This document shows positions 50,176 to 64,000 of a DNA stretch of 64,000 bases, piece after piece. The notes below the pieces were generated by a model, which was not told where the DNA came from, searched no databases, and saw only the letters and a list, made by a program, of their open reading frames with translations. This DNA is from Chrysomallon squamiferum. Its lineage: Eukaryota; Animalia; Mollusca. Made by a program: the position numbers and the translations under genes. The first letter of the stretch is position 1, and the number at the start of each line of letters is the position of its first letter. Location: assembly GCA_012295275.1 (NCBI GenBank), contig CM022672.1, positions 15,314,001 through 15,378,000 on the forward strand. Direction: 5' to 3'.

Positions 50176-53100
50176 AAATAAAAGTAAAAAAAAAAAAAGA
50201 ATAATAATAGTAGTAGTAATAGTAGTAGAAGTGTTGCATGATGGTTTCTTAGTTTCCTGGGAAATCAAAACTATCTGATGAACTTGTTTTTGTTTATATC
50301 ATCTACATTTATATTATGTACACTAAACAGCCTTAAGGTATTGACTGATATGTTAGCTGTCAGATTGTAAATCCCCTCCTGGCCCAGTTTGTAACAAAGG
50401 AAGTTTTTATACACAACCAAGTGTTGTGATTTCCACACACCTAATTGTGCTGCTAGCTGCTTGGCCAGCCACAAAACAAAACCAGACATCAGCTGTTGTG
50501 TCATGTGGAAAGTGGAGGCCATCAAACAATACACTTTCATTGATTTAGAAAGGTGCATTTAACATACAAATGTTCATTCAGCTTTTGATATGGTTCAGTA
50601 GGCACACAGTAGTATGTACATACATATACCTGTGCGTACATGTATAATTACATATTCATTCAGAATACTAACACCTCATAAAATTAAAAATAATTTTCAA
50701 ACTACTCTTGGTAAATTTTTATTTAAAAGCATATAAACATTTGTTGAAACTACAACATTGTATTTAACAAAACTTTTGAGCATTTAAACATCAATGGACT
50801 AACTAATTACATTAATCAAGGGATACCTGTACATACACATACATTATAAAAGAAATAAAACTAGAATAGAAGGAAGCAGAGAAAAATTAAAAAAGTAAAG
50901 AAAATGTTTTTGTACTCAACAATATCTACTTTAAAAAAAAATAATAATAATAAAAAAATGTGTGTGTGTGTATAAATATCACCAGGTTTGTTGAAGTAAC
51001 ATTTTAACATGTAAATCACTTTCAGACATTGAAAAAAGCAAATCTACTTAAGCATAGGAGTTGCAGTCTTTGTCAGCCCATGAAATTAAAATGCAAATGT
51101 GGGTGTAGGAAAAGGACACACTTTATACAAACAGTGGGCAGATGCATTCAGAAATGACTAACAAAATGGTGATAAGGAAAAACATAAAAGTTATTCTTGA
51201 TGATTAATTGATGAGTGAATAAATGGTTATCTCAGTACAGCATGTGACTGTAAACATATGTTTTTATATTGATTCTTACAACACGTGAAATTTATAATTC
51301 TTACAGAATATGATTGATGAAAATTGACTATATTGTAAAAACTACATGTATGGTAATATTCTTGATTAACTATTAATAAATGAATCAATATGCATTGCAT
51401 AGTTATGTTAATGAGATTTTATCTACGTTATTTATGCTGTAAAACATGCACAATTTTTATGAGTTAAGAAAACATTTTATGAGTTAAAAATTCCAGATTA
51501 ATATTAAAAATGTATTTAGAAACTATGTCTACAGATGAAGAAGAATGAAATTACAGTTTATTTTCCACTAATGATTTATAAAGCCTAGGTTGATAATAAA
51601 ATGCACAAAATGGATTACTCGCTTTTTGTGATTCTCTATGACAATGTATATAAATATATTCAAATGTATAAATGCTTTATCATAATTGCATAATTCATTC
51701 TATTTCTATGACCAGTATAAAATTCAATTTTGCTGGTGCCAACCTTCAAAATTATTTAAAAGAGGTCAGAAAAAAAAAAAAAATAATAATAATAATGAAA
51801 TAAATTAAAAATCAGTAGCCTGAGTGCCCTCTTTCACTTTCACTTTACAAGTTGGGTTCCATAATTTATTAATTAAATTATTATTTAGAGCAATAAACCC
51901 CAAAGACTATGTACATATGATATGGTGATAATTTATTTTAAAAATGATAGAAATCCAAGCAGGAATTTTATTTTGTAAAGGGAGTGTTGTTCAGTGTCCA
52001 TTTCAAAATAAAGATTGGCAGTCCCATTTAAAATTTGATCTATGGTCAAATTAGCTAGGCTTGTACTGTACTGTACTGTACTGAAGTGAAGAAAATGTAC
52101 TCTGATATACTGGAGATCTCTGTGTACTGTGTGACCCACTGTTAATGCTTAGAATTTAATTTGAATCATATATATATATATTACATGAACTTATATACAG
52201 ACTATAACAGTTACAGCACTATACTGTAACCACTAAACACTGTACTGAAATCACTCCTAAATTGATTTTATTATTTTATGGAACTTTAAACATTGGTCTT
52301 GCAGTGTTTATGATCCAGTATGTTTTTAGCTTGCTTGTTGTTTTTTTTTTTTTATTTCACTGTTAAAAAAAAAATGAAACAGGTTGTAGTATTGGTCTTA
52401 TTACATGATTTTAAGTTAGGATTGTTGTGTCAGAGATGCAATAAGCTAAGAATAACACTCTCTTTCTTTCTCTCTAACAGACATCCATCCCACACACACA
52501 GACATTCACCATGAAAATAAAATTAAAAAATCAATTAAAAGACTATTGATCTTATTAATTTATTTATTTATTTATTTAAATACTGTCTTTTTATACACAA
52601 AATATACATAAATTTGTTTTATAGGACAACTATAAATTAAACTTGCATTACTTTGAGAAGGAAAAGTTATATAAAATCATTTAACCAGTTATGTCAAAAT
52701 TAAATTCACAAACAATATTTAACACATGGGACACACAAAAGCACTTACGTTTTTATTTTTCAATAGATAAATCAATAGCATTTTCATTTTTAATATTATT
52801 ATTATTTTTTTTTTTTTATAATAATAATATTTAAAAAGAATAATTCAATGACTACATTTCACAAACTGTTGCACAGACAATCGAAAGGAAACATTAAAGA
52901 ATGTTATTTTCAAAAGAAAGTGTGTTACTTTCAACTTGAAAAACAGTTTACAAAAAGAAGAAAAGTCTGAAGAAAGAATAAACTGAACAAAGAAAGAAAT
53001 ATCCATGACAGACTGCCAACATTACACAAATGTTTTTTTAACTTTGTTTTTGTCTGTTTTTAAATTCAGAATACGTGTTATAAAGCTCTTTTAGGCTTCT

Positions 53101-53259
53101 AGGTCACTTTATTTCTTTTTGTGGTTTTGCCTCTGATCAGTTTGATTAATTATTTTCCGCTGGGACTGTGTTTAATGTTCGTCTTTTGCATTTAACAAAT
53201 TCTTATATTCTATTTTAAAACCTTCCAAAATAATAATGACTATAATGTAATTAAAATAA

Positions 53260-53322
<63 letters not shown>

Positions 53323-53465
53323 AATAAATAAATATGTACTTAATTTATTATCATTACCTATTTTTGGGTAAAAGAATCTCTGCTTTTTATATTAACTGCT
53401 CACAGCAATGCATTGGTGTATATATCATTATGTGTATCAAACACCTTGGGGTTGCTGTTGCTATA

Positions 53466-53505
<40 letters not shown>

Positions 53506-55749
53506 AGCTGTATGCTTAATTAGCTTTTGACAGATCACTGTCTTGAAAGAGATTATTTTTACAAATATGCTTTGGGGAAAAATTCCTGTAAGCTAATAGC
53601 CAATTAAAAAATTAATAAATGTGAAATAAATACTTCGGAAGTAAATTCAGTATTTAAGTAATTAGAAAAAGTTTCAGTTTGTTTTTATCAAAAGCTTAAT
53701 AGATAGTTACTTATAATTACACTGCTAATTATGTTTACTAATTATTCTTGGAATATGTAATACATGCAAATAATTGGTTTAATCTTTTAAAACTTTTATA
53801 TATACATTTTATATATAAAAAAAAAATCAGTTTCAAAATTTGTTTATTTTCACTTCTCAAATGGACATATGAAGAGTTGTTCATTTGAAAATCCTACAAA
53901 ATGTATCAAATTCAGATTTGAGTTAGTTCATGTATTTATTTATTTTTTATTTTTATTTTTATTTTTGTTTTAATTCTTAAAGCAATCCATCACAGACTGC
54001 TTTTTAATCTACTGGGTTGATGACAAAAATACGTAATAAAATTGTTTAATTGTCAAACACCACAATCAGTCTCCAATGAATACACGAATGACAGCTTACT
54101 CATAATCAGTTTAAACAAGTCACTTCAATCATTTCACTTGTATATTCTATGCCCATCTGTTGTGGTTTTTCTCACATGGAGACAGAAACAAAGAGGAAAT
54201 TTCAATAGCTCATTCCATATGTAATTTAAATTAAAAAATATAGTAATTATTATTAATATATTAAGTATGTGTACACTCAAAACAGGCAGCCTGAACAAGT
54301 AGTCTCCTTCTTAATTCAGAGCAGTCTCTTGTATTATTCTGAAATCAAAATAAAGTATCTCCAGCTGCACCAAACTTTCAATTAAGAGATATTGACTGTT
54401 ACAAATGATACATACAGACTAAATCACAACATGCTGGTGTGTGACTCATAGCTGACACATACAATGTTTGAATTCAAATTTCAATGTCAAACATCCTGTT
54501 TTTCAGTGGAAGTAATTATGAAATAAACTGTTTATGTTTAAATGGTAATGCCCCAATTCTAACATACTTCATAATACATTTTTGAAGAAAAAAAAGGTGA
54601 TATTGTCAAATATTGTTTTCGTCTTATGCTTGCTACTTAATTTCTACTAATACAATGGTCAAGACATAATGATGACAAATACCAGCTGAAGATATTGAGA
54701 CTTTCTTTTTGTCCATATATGTCTCATTACTATTTTTATTTTGAATAATAATAATAATAATAAACTAATAATAATTCATAATAAAATATACACATACACA
54801 CACAAAGAATATGAGGTGGATAATGTCAGCAAACATATGAAACAGTTTCATTATGTACTGTATCTCAGCCTTCAGCAGAGAGTGCCAAAACAAAAAGCTG
54901 CTGTCCTAATAATTATCATGATTGTTCTTTATGCATCAATGAACATTAAGACCTTAGAGATTTTACTTGTTGAGTTCCTGAACTGACTATGTAACAAATG
55001 GCAGACATCCATATGAAACAATAATAATAAAGAGAATGTGACACAGACACAATCACATGAGAAATTGAGAGATGGAGGGGGACAGGAAGGAGAAGAGGGC
55101 AATAACAGTGTAACTTGACCGTGTTTTCTATGTAAGATATATAGGCCTATATATTATTACATTATTATTGCCATCAGAATTCTATCTCCAGAGATAGCTG
55201 GCTAAAAAAGCTCACTAACTGGAACAAAACTTTCAGATTCTGATATCAGACAGTGCTTGCTTTAAGCTGGCTTTTTGCCAAGATGTTCAGTTTAAAACTA
55301 ATATGAGCAGGTCTAAAAAGGTTTTCACCAGAAGTTAAATCATTGCCATAGCAACAGCAATTAACGTACAAGATAGCAAGCTATCTTTTTCAAAACCAAA
55401 AACCTTTTAAAGAACTTGTAGTGTAGATAGCAAATGCTAATAATATACTGTCTCTAAATACTGTCTGGATGCTTTCAGTGATTTCTGAGTTTTCATTTAT
55501 ACAAACAGTGGTTAAATATACAAAAGTTGCTGTAACAGACAGCTTACAGCAAGTAAAGAACCAGATAGTGTTTTCTGCAATCAGAAAAAATACAAACACA
55601 TTTTCATAAATATTTTAGTAATACATTCATTATTGAACTAACCCTCTGTCGCTCCCTCAACTGTTGTTCTTGTTTTTACTTTTATTTACTTATTTATTTC
55701 TTTAAATATGAAACATAAATCTTTAAAAAAAATTTCAGACTAAACTTAC

Positions 55750-55812
55750 CAGTTTGACAGATGATTTTCGTCTGAGAACCACACTGACTTCATCACCTGC
55801 TTCAGCTTCCAT
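55750..55812 (-). CDS. RTKN: Rhotekin candidate alternative first coding exon
   Basis: ataATGG context, MEAEAGDEVSVVLRRKSSVKL, CTG|GTAAGT donor, phase 0. A possible acceptor lies 4 nt upstream of the ATG. Confidence 0.6.
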
Positions 55813-57461
55813 TATTCTAGAAATTTTTAATATTTCAAATATCTTATCATGTGTTGTTTAAACAGAAATCCAGTACACGTGTAAAACTCAGATACTTCGT
55901 ACACAGAACTACATCACATACACTGACTGTCAAATTTAAAACACTATTCCACATTTTACTATTACATCATCTCAGACACAAATGCCAGCTGTTACGTTAT
56001 GTATTTTGCTTTACTCTTGTCTCAAACCACAGCTGTATGCACCATTACATCTTTGGTTTAAAGATTTCTTTTATATATTCCTTGAACACAGCATTCCTTA
56101 CAAAAAGTAAACCAGTGTATTTTGTAATACTTTCCTTCTTACAAGCCAAGTAACAAAGAAGACTGAAATGGAATGAACTGACCTGAGGTCAGTCGTAGAA
56201 CACGATCAATACGTGAAAACCAATATTTCTTTCTTATCAAAGTCAGAGCTTATGATAAGCACCAAGCTGATTCAGGTTGGCTGGAAGAGCCACTTGTACA
56301 ATTTTAATAAAATATTCAGTTAATATAAACAATGGTTCCATATCTGAGTCAACAGAAGAAGAAGCTACATCTGAAATCCAAATACAGAAAGACACTCTTG
56401 GAACATAATCAATCAGAAACGGTCAGCAGCTAATCATGTTTCAATAGTGGTCATCAGAAATTGACCAGTCATTACTAGAGGATTTGGAAGCACCAGCTGA
56501 CCTTTGATGCAAGCCTAGTACACAATAGAAAAGGAAAGAGATCCTGAAGAAAAGAATATGTTCTCTCTCTATCTTCACAACCTGTTTTACACTGCAGGTT
56601 TCAAGTATCAGAGAGAAAAATGCACACAAACTGCTGATCAGTTATTTTAATCTGTGGAATAAATGTACAGCAAAGGTTTCAGTTTTCAAAGAACTGTGTC
56701 CAAAGTCCCAGCAGAAGAAAAAATCATCAACAGCTGGCTGTGAGCTTGTTGCTGGTTTCTATTAACTCCAAACAAAGCAGTTATACCCAGTGAATTTCTG
56801 CAACGCTTAAAGCCAAGATCAGGACAACCCTGCATGATCACAGAAAATAAAACCACAGAGATTCACAGAGCACTGATTCCATCAGGGTTCAGTTACATGT
56901 TGCAATATCTTAGACACAACACAACACATTCAGCAATCTGGTCTCTCTAAGCACAGGCCACGTTTTCAAAACTAAGTTCATTGGGTATAAAATAATCATT
57001 CAGAAAATTCAGTTCTGAAAAACAAATAGAAGAAAAACACAAGTACAGCTGAAATGTTTTGAATCTGATGAATAAATTACAATAATTATATGTAGCCTGT
57101 CTCCAGTGATTCAGATTTCCTCCAGCAGTTCTGTCAGGAATTCTGTGAAATTCTCACTTCATTGCTGCCCAGTTTTGTTATCATTACAACAATTGGAGCA
57201 GTTGGACTCTGTTTATATGTGGAAATAAAAACTTCCTGGAATCCTGAATCCTGTAGCAGTCTGAGACTAGAACAATTAGTCATATAGACAGAATTAACCG
57301 GAAACCAATGAGCTCTCTTATTTATTTATCTGTATTGATCCAAACTCATAGACTGTCATAGTTCTATGAATGTCTGATAGGTCTATTTTGCAAATCAAGC
57401 AAAAATGGAGTTGTTGGTTTTTTTTTTATTATATCTGGTCCTTTTAGCAAGAGCTAGTAAA

Positions 57462-57613
57462 AACATTAAATGTTCAATGTTCAGGTAAACAACTTGCAAT
57501 GTAAAAGAAAACATATAATTTGATATATTCCAATTAACATTAAATGTTCAATATTCAGGTAAACAACCTGCAATATAAAAGAAAACATATAATTTGATAT
57601 ATTCCAATTAACA
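57462..57613. repeat. Direct tandem repeat, ~75 bp x2
   Basis: aacattaaatgttcaat...gatatattccaatt is duplicated. Confidence 0.85.
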
Positions 57614-59330
57614 TGGCTAATACCTCTGACAATATTCTGTGTGTATTTGTGAACTAGGAAAAAGTGAATTATCCCCATATAAAAATTTGAAGAGCAATTT
57701 CCCTCCACAATGTGGTGATTCATAAATTAGGCAACAAGCAGGATTACTTCCTTGGTAATAACACCATCTACTTAATATACTTCCTATATTAAAGCTTATC
57801 TGCAAGGAAAATCGCAGTTTATTTTTGAACATATGGATGTTTAGCTTACACTCATAATAAAAATGAAATAGTAAAAAAACACAAAGAAAAAAAAAAGATT
57901 TTCAGAGTTGTATTCATATTTATGTATGTACTATATGTGATCTAACATGTTTTTACACCATTCATTTCAGGCCACCAATAATTTATAAAAAGAATATTTC
58001 TAATGCTATAGTTATTTTTATTTTACAGACTGAACAGTTATATCCAATTTTCTTTCTTAGCATTATGTAAAAATGAAATAATTAAAATTTGGAACAATTT
58101 TATATATATATATATATTCCAAATTTAAACTGCTTATTTTTTTATCCAAATCATTTATATTATTATCTGAATTATTTAAGGTACCTGTATAATATAATTA
58201 AAAAAATCAAAATTTAAAAAGAGAAAAAAATCACCATGAACTAATTTTTATACTGATCTAAATACAATAATCTATTTTCACTGACAGTTATTGTTGAGAA
58301 CAGGTCACAAAACTAACATGAAAATCTTTTATCTCTTAGTATTATTAGAGACTAATTTCTAATCAAAACATAGGCCGTTTGCTTAAAAAGTATTTAAAAA
58401 CTAAAAAGAAAGTAGAAGGAAAAGAATTATTTTAACAATTAAAATCTTTAATTATCTTAATATCATACAGAAGCACACATTTTGTTTTTATATTTTACTG
58501 AAAATCTATTGTTGAAAAAAATAATAATCAAAAATATTAACCACTACACACATATAACATAATAAAAAATCACCAACACATTTAAAAAAAAACAAAAAAA
58601 AACAACAACAACAACATATAAACAAGTGATTAGTATTTTGTAAATCTCTTTGGGTCAGAATTCAGTAACTCGCATGAGTTAATTTGTGATTAAAAATCTT
58701 AAACAGGTGATTCTAATGAGATCTGTCTCTCTCAGTATTACTCATCTAGGAACAAACAGATCAGTTACTTTGTTCATTCTCTTTGTCTCTAAGCATTACT
58801 GAAGGCCAGTTTGGATCCAGCTAGGCCAACAAACCCTGGAGACAAAGGCCAGATTAAAGATGAACATACAGTACAGTGAGTGAGCCAAGCAGTCAATGTT
58901 CTTCAGAACTGTTAGCACTCAGTCTGTTATCAGTGACTGTTAACAGTGGCGCACTTTACCAACAACACCAGCAGCAGCAACAGCAGCATGCACAGGCTGT
59001 GATGTGTTTCTTGTATAGTGCTGACTATACATCTATTTTGTCTAAATTTCTTCATCTCAGAAAGTTCCTCTCTTCTTAATATCTGTCTTGATAACGCTAT
59101 CATTACTCGTTAAATCTGTCACTTCTGAGCTCAGATTTAACTTGTCCTAATCAAATTTTATCTCCAAAATTTTATCTTTCTTGTTCATTTTTCTTAAGCT
59201 TCCTTTCAAATCTGTTTGTTCCAAAATATTTCTGAAACTGTTGCCTGTTTTATCTTTCTTAATATTTTTCAAAACACATTTTTTTCGTTAACTTCATTTT
59301 TTTTGTTTTTTATTTAATGAACTGTAGGTC

Positions 59331-59331
<1 letters not shown>

Positions 59332-59421
<90 letters not shown>

Positions 59422-59424
59422 ACA
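59332..59424. repeat. (CT)n(CA)n microsatellite
   Basis: Directly visible. Confidence 0.95.
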
Positions 59425-60847
59425 TTTTGCACTCTTTTCCCTACATAAATGCTGATAATAATAAAAAAAAAAAAAATTAAAATAAATAAATAAATAAAGC
59501 ACACACAGCTCACAAATGCTTGGCTGGACAGAATTATAATAGGTATATCAACTGATATATAATAAATGTCAGCCAATTATTTACATGCTGGGCTTGTGTG
59601 GTTAGCTAGTTATGGGAAATGGTTGAAAATAGTTTACTATCAAAATCAGAGACATGCCTGCCATTGCACTGACAGTACAACACAGTATTCATTCAGAATA
59701 GTCCCTCCTCCTGTCACAAAAATAAAATACAAAAAAAGTTTGGTATTCATTACTATTTACCCATAACCTGCACTCATTCTAATATTAATTTAAAAAAAAA
59801 AAAGCAAATCATAATTTTTTTTTTTTAAATCTTAATAATAATAATAATAATATCAGCAGCAGAAAACTGAACAAAGAAAATTAAAAAAAAAAAAAAAAAA
59901 AATAGAAAAGAAAAATCTAAAGCAAAAAATAACTATCTGTAATAACACACACACACACACACACACTAATCCTCTCATATGTAAATGATTTCTCACTTTT
60001 AATTTCAAAACCAATTTATATCCAAGTGTCTCTCAACTGTTTAAAATTGCTATTTAATTACACAAGTTTTTATCTGCTTCTGTCTCTGGGATGTGTTCCA
60101 TTACCAAATGTCATGATAAAAACTGATAATTTCTGATAAAGGACAGGCTTTGTGTACCGTTTGGTTTGTGCCTGTTGATAGCAGCTATTCTGACATCAAT
60201 GAAATTTTACGCAGTATAACATATTGTTACAAAATATATTAGTACGTAGAATCTGGACAGATCTGACATTTATTTTGTTACATGGTGTAACAGATTGTTA
60301 CAGTTCCTTAATAGGCAGAACTTTAATTCAATAAATAGTAGAACAGATATACAAGTAACCAGATTCAGCATCATATACGAGTTTAAAAAATTTTAAAAAT
60401 ATTAAATAAAAAGATGAAAAAGAAAACAAAAGAAAAAAGCACTTCACTCATTTTCCTTTTTGTTCTTAAGTCAAATTAAACAAGTAAAAAAAACTCACAT
60501 ATACTGATACATTAAGTGATAAAACCCAGTACCACAAACCTTTCCGAAAATCAAAATCAGTAACAGCAACAAATATAATTATATCCGTAATGAATCACAA
60601 TAATAAGCCAATACTTAAAGAGAAAAACAGTTTGAAATTTAAATCACAGAAATCCACGATGCTCAATGCAACGCACAGATTTTAATTATTAGCAGCAGCA
60701 GTATTTAAACTTAAAAAAAAATATATATATATAACCCAATAAGCATACAACCTATAAATTTAAAAAATAAATAAATAAAAATAGTAAGAATAATAATAAT
60801 AATAAAACAAATAATTTCAAATCGGTATTAAAATGGCCAGAACTTAC

Positions 60848-60877
60848 CACTTGGAACCAGCACTTTGTCACAGACAT
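60848..60877 (-). CDS. Weak candidate alternative first exon of rhotekin (MSVTKCWFQV)
   Basis: GTG|GTAAGT donor in phase 0, 10 codons after an ATG. It could instead be a non-coding leader exon. Confidence 0.3.
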
Positions 60878-62561
60878 AACAAAGACTTCATGTATTTCCT
60901 ATGTGGGAATCCTTGCTATAAAAGTGTGATTATGCAGTAGTGACAACACACATCATATAAAACCTATCAGCACAGTCTTAGCTTCCCCTCTCCGCTCCCT
61001 CCTCCATCAGTTCAAACTGCCGTTGTCACTTTCTGAATCTGGGACAACAAGCAGAGATCCAATTTCCTCGATTAACAACATTTAAAGAGGCCTGACCAAG
61101 GTGGAATTCTGGCTTTCTCTTGGAACAAAGCAATGGGCCCTTTTAGGGTGACGTACCTGCTGGTTCTGGGCAGAACAATGATTGAACCAAGCCAGTGTAA
61201 AGGTGATGTATGGGTTTTCACAAGACAAAAGGTGCTGTCCAGATGTCGATCTTATTGTACTTAAATAGATTTTCAATGTTCAGAACAAAATGTGGTAACT
61301 TCTGGTTTCATTGATATATATGCATATGGCACAACAGTATTTCTATTAGCTTTTTGTTATTGTTATTAGATTTTCAACTCAACAGTGGCCCTATTTAACT
61401 TGCACAGACATCAAAAAGTCACAAGAAAATCAAATTTAAGTTATTATATTTGTGACATACCAAATTGTTTTTGAATTTTTCTTTGATATTTAGGAATCTT
61501 TATGTAGGTAAATGTTAAGTGAGATGTTTATCAAAAATATACCACATTATAGAAATTTTAAAAATTTACAAAAATTGTAACAAAGCTAGAGAATTTATTG
61601 CCAGTGTTTCTGAAATTGTTACAATTAATTTTGAATTTAGTGTTTCTTGATAAATAAAATGGTAAATGTAAATACTAACAAATGTAATGCCACTAATATT
61701 TTTCATTTTATTATTAACAATAAACTATTTAAAAGACGTTTACTTCTATCAATAATTAAAACATTAATAATGATTACAGAAAAAATATAATTAGCTTCAT
61801 TTATTGATAACCTATTTATCAATATGTCTAACAGCTGAACTGTATCTACACCACAACTAAACAGTCCCCCCCCACTAGGCAATTCTTGAGGTTATAACTG
61901 CCTCTCCCTGTAACATCAGGGGTCAGCCCATGACAAGGGAGACAGAGAAGTGGGTGCCAACTTTTCCAGATTCTGTTGCTGGTGCAGTCAACCATATCTG
62001 ACAAAAGTACTGCAGCCTGAGGCAGGTGGTAAACAATGCAACCTGTGTGGTACTCATAAAAGTTAATGGCTATTCAAGTGATACTATAACAATCTGTTGT
62101 AAAAATAGAAATGAACTGTCACTCTGTACAATGAATTAAATACACCAAATTTACTTCCACTGCACAGTAATTATTGTTTATGTTGTACAATTGCAATGGA
62201 AAATGTCTAACTTAGGTTAGGTACAAGGAAAATCAAAATTACAGCCTCTATGACAGTTAAACAGTGAACAGAAATACCCCAAATATATATATCAGTTTTG
62301 GCTAGCTTTTTATTCTTGTTTTTCTGTCACTCCTCAAATAATGAAGAGTTTCAAAAAGGATGTTAAAATTTTGTCTTTTTATACATTTAATAGGAAAAAA
62401 AAAGTAGTTGCAAAGAATTCGTTAAAAATAATGAAAAGAATTTTAAAAAAACTATCTCAGAAAACAGATTCAATTAAGATATTTAAAATTAACAAATAAA
62501 ATTCATGTTTAATTAATTAAATTAATTTCAAAAATAAATTAAATACATAATTATATAAATA

Positions 62562-62564
<3 letters not shown>

Positions 62565-62629
<65 letters not shown>
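62565..62629. repeat. (GT)n microsatellite
   Basis: Directly visible. Confidence 0.95.
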
Positions 62630-62631
<2 letters not shown>

Positions 62632-63196
62632 TTTATTGCTTCATGTCATAAAATAAATCAAACATTTAAAAAAAATTATTAATAATTACTTATGAAGTAT
62701 ATGTGAGGTAAATGCAACAACAAAAATAATAATAATAATAATAATAATAGTAATTTAACTTTTAATCCATTCAAATGATTCAGTATCTTTACTGCTGTAA
62801 AGAAGATGATTTTGAATTGCCTTGTTTACAGTGTCACAAAACGCAGCATTATAAAAGGATATCAAACGGATCGTATCACATTTTCCTCAGCCAAGGCACT
62901 ACTTCTAGAGAACTTCAAACAGAAATCTCTCAGAAGTGAAAAAGGTGTATGTGGCTGTGTTGTGTGTGCTGTGAGCATATGTCTAACAAATGTACAGCTT
63001 CTCAGTCTTCAGCTTTTAAGGAACTAAAATACTAAATACAAATATGACAACAACATTCTCTTTTGTAATAAAAGGAAGATGCTTTACAGCCTATAACATT
63101 TAAAACTGATCTCCCAAAAATATAAATTGTAAAAAGAAATAAATAATAAAAAAACAAAAACAAAAATACATTAATAATAATGAAATAAACACTTAC

Positions 63197-63421
63197 ACTG
63201 TATCTGCATCTTGGCAATATCTTGGGCTTGTTTTCCTTGTTCTCCCCAGCATCGTGAGGATTTATGACAGATTTACGAATGTCAGTAGATTTGACGACAG
63301 TCATCTGACTGCCAGCACACAGAGAGTAGTCTTGTGATGTCTTCAGCTTGTGTCGTGTTATGGACACTGACATTCTTTTTTTCAATGTCCTCTTCAGAGT
63401 GCCGTGACCAAATGATGACAT
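63197..63421 (-). CDS. RTKN: Rhotekin candidate distal first coding exon (75 aa, basic, contains KEN)
   Basis: aagATG start, MSSFGHGTLKRTLKKRMSVSITRHKLK...AGENKENKPKILPRCRYS, AGT|GTAAGT donor in phase 0 compatible with the HR1 exon. Composition is coding-like. Confidence 0.7.
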
Positions 63422-64000
63422 CTTCAACAGATCAGTCTTGTGAGCACCTCGCTCACTTTCCTTCTTGTTCTTAAGTAAAATACACACAAATTTAAAAAAA
63501 AGAATTGAAAGAACAGAAAAGAAAAAATATATATATATATATATATATAAAAGTAAAATTTAGATTTAAAAGACTAATGATCTTTAAGGATGTATTTTTT
63601 AATGCTTTCCTTTCTTGTTTTTCATCTTTTATTTGTTTTAATTTTTCATATGTATGTATATATCAAAGCAAAGTGGTTTGCCACAACTATGTTAATCCAT
63701 TTCACTAAAGAGAAAAAAAAGAAAAGCTGCATTTAAAAATTATCTTCAGATAAAATATGCTGTTAATATATTACTGTTAATTATTAATATTGGAGCAAAA
63801 AGTGTCAAAGATAGATCATATTAGCATTATTACTTGAAATTATGTGAATTAATTAAATATATTTTTAAAGAATGTGAAAAGAGTTCTGCCCAGATATATT
63901 TATTTAATATTAATTAATGTTAATGAAAAACACTGACTTATGTCAGCAATCAGTTTGAAATACACAACAGTATAAAATCTACTGTACATTTTAACAAATC

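Noticed and set aside
52749-52787. ATG...AAC|GTAAGT phase-0 segment (MKMLLIYLLKNKN) as another rhotekin first exon
   Set aside because: It is very AT-rich, short and has no promoter-like context, so it is plausible by chance.

Overview
This is an AT-rich, intron-containing animal genomic window, probably lophotrochozoan or molluscan (inference only). The left half (1-29261) is a head-to-tail triplication of a 9-13 kb unit carrying a + strand gene whose first two coding exons are absent from the ORF track. Spliced by hand, those exons encode a ~96-aa CARD that aligns by eye with the MAVS (IPS-1) CARD. A long disordered exon follows, with PPxY, PxQE and LxI(S/T) motifs and a 57-bp/19-aa acidic tandem repeat present as about 17, 22 and 1 units in copies A, B and C. 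I could not find a transmembrane anchor. The CARD exons of copies B and C differ almost entirely by amino-acid-changing substitutions. The units carry IRF/ISRE-like motifs, a splice-created MKR* uORF overlapping the start codon, and copy-specific transposon remnants (Sola2-like, Tigger/pogo-like). Copy C is open for 785 aa. Copies A and B carry indels, some of which may be assembly errors. The right half (30645-63421) is a convergent minus-strand rhotekin gene (HR1, anillin-homology and PH domains). It has 12 shared coding exons with consistent splice phases and four to five candidate alternative first coding exons, one matching the vertebrate short-isoform N-terminus. All alignments and counts were done by eye.
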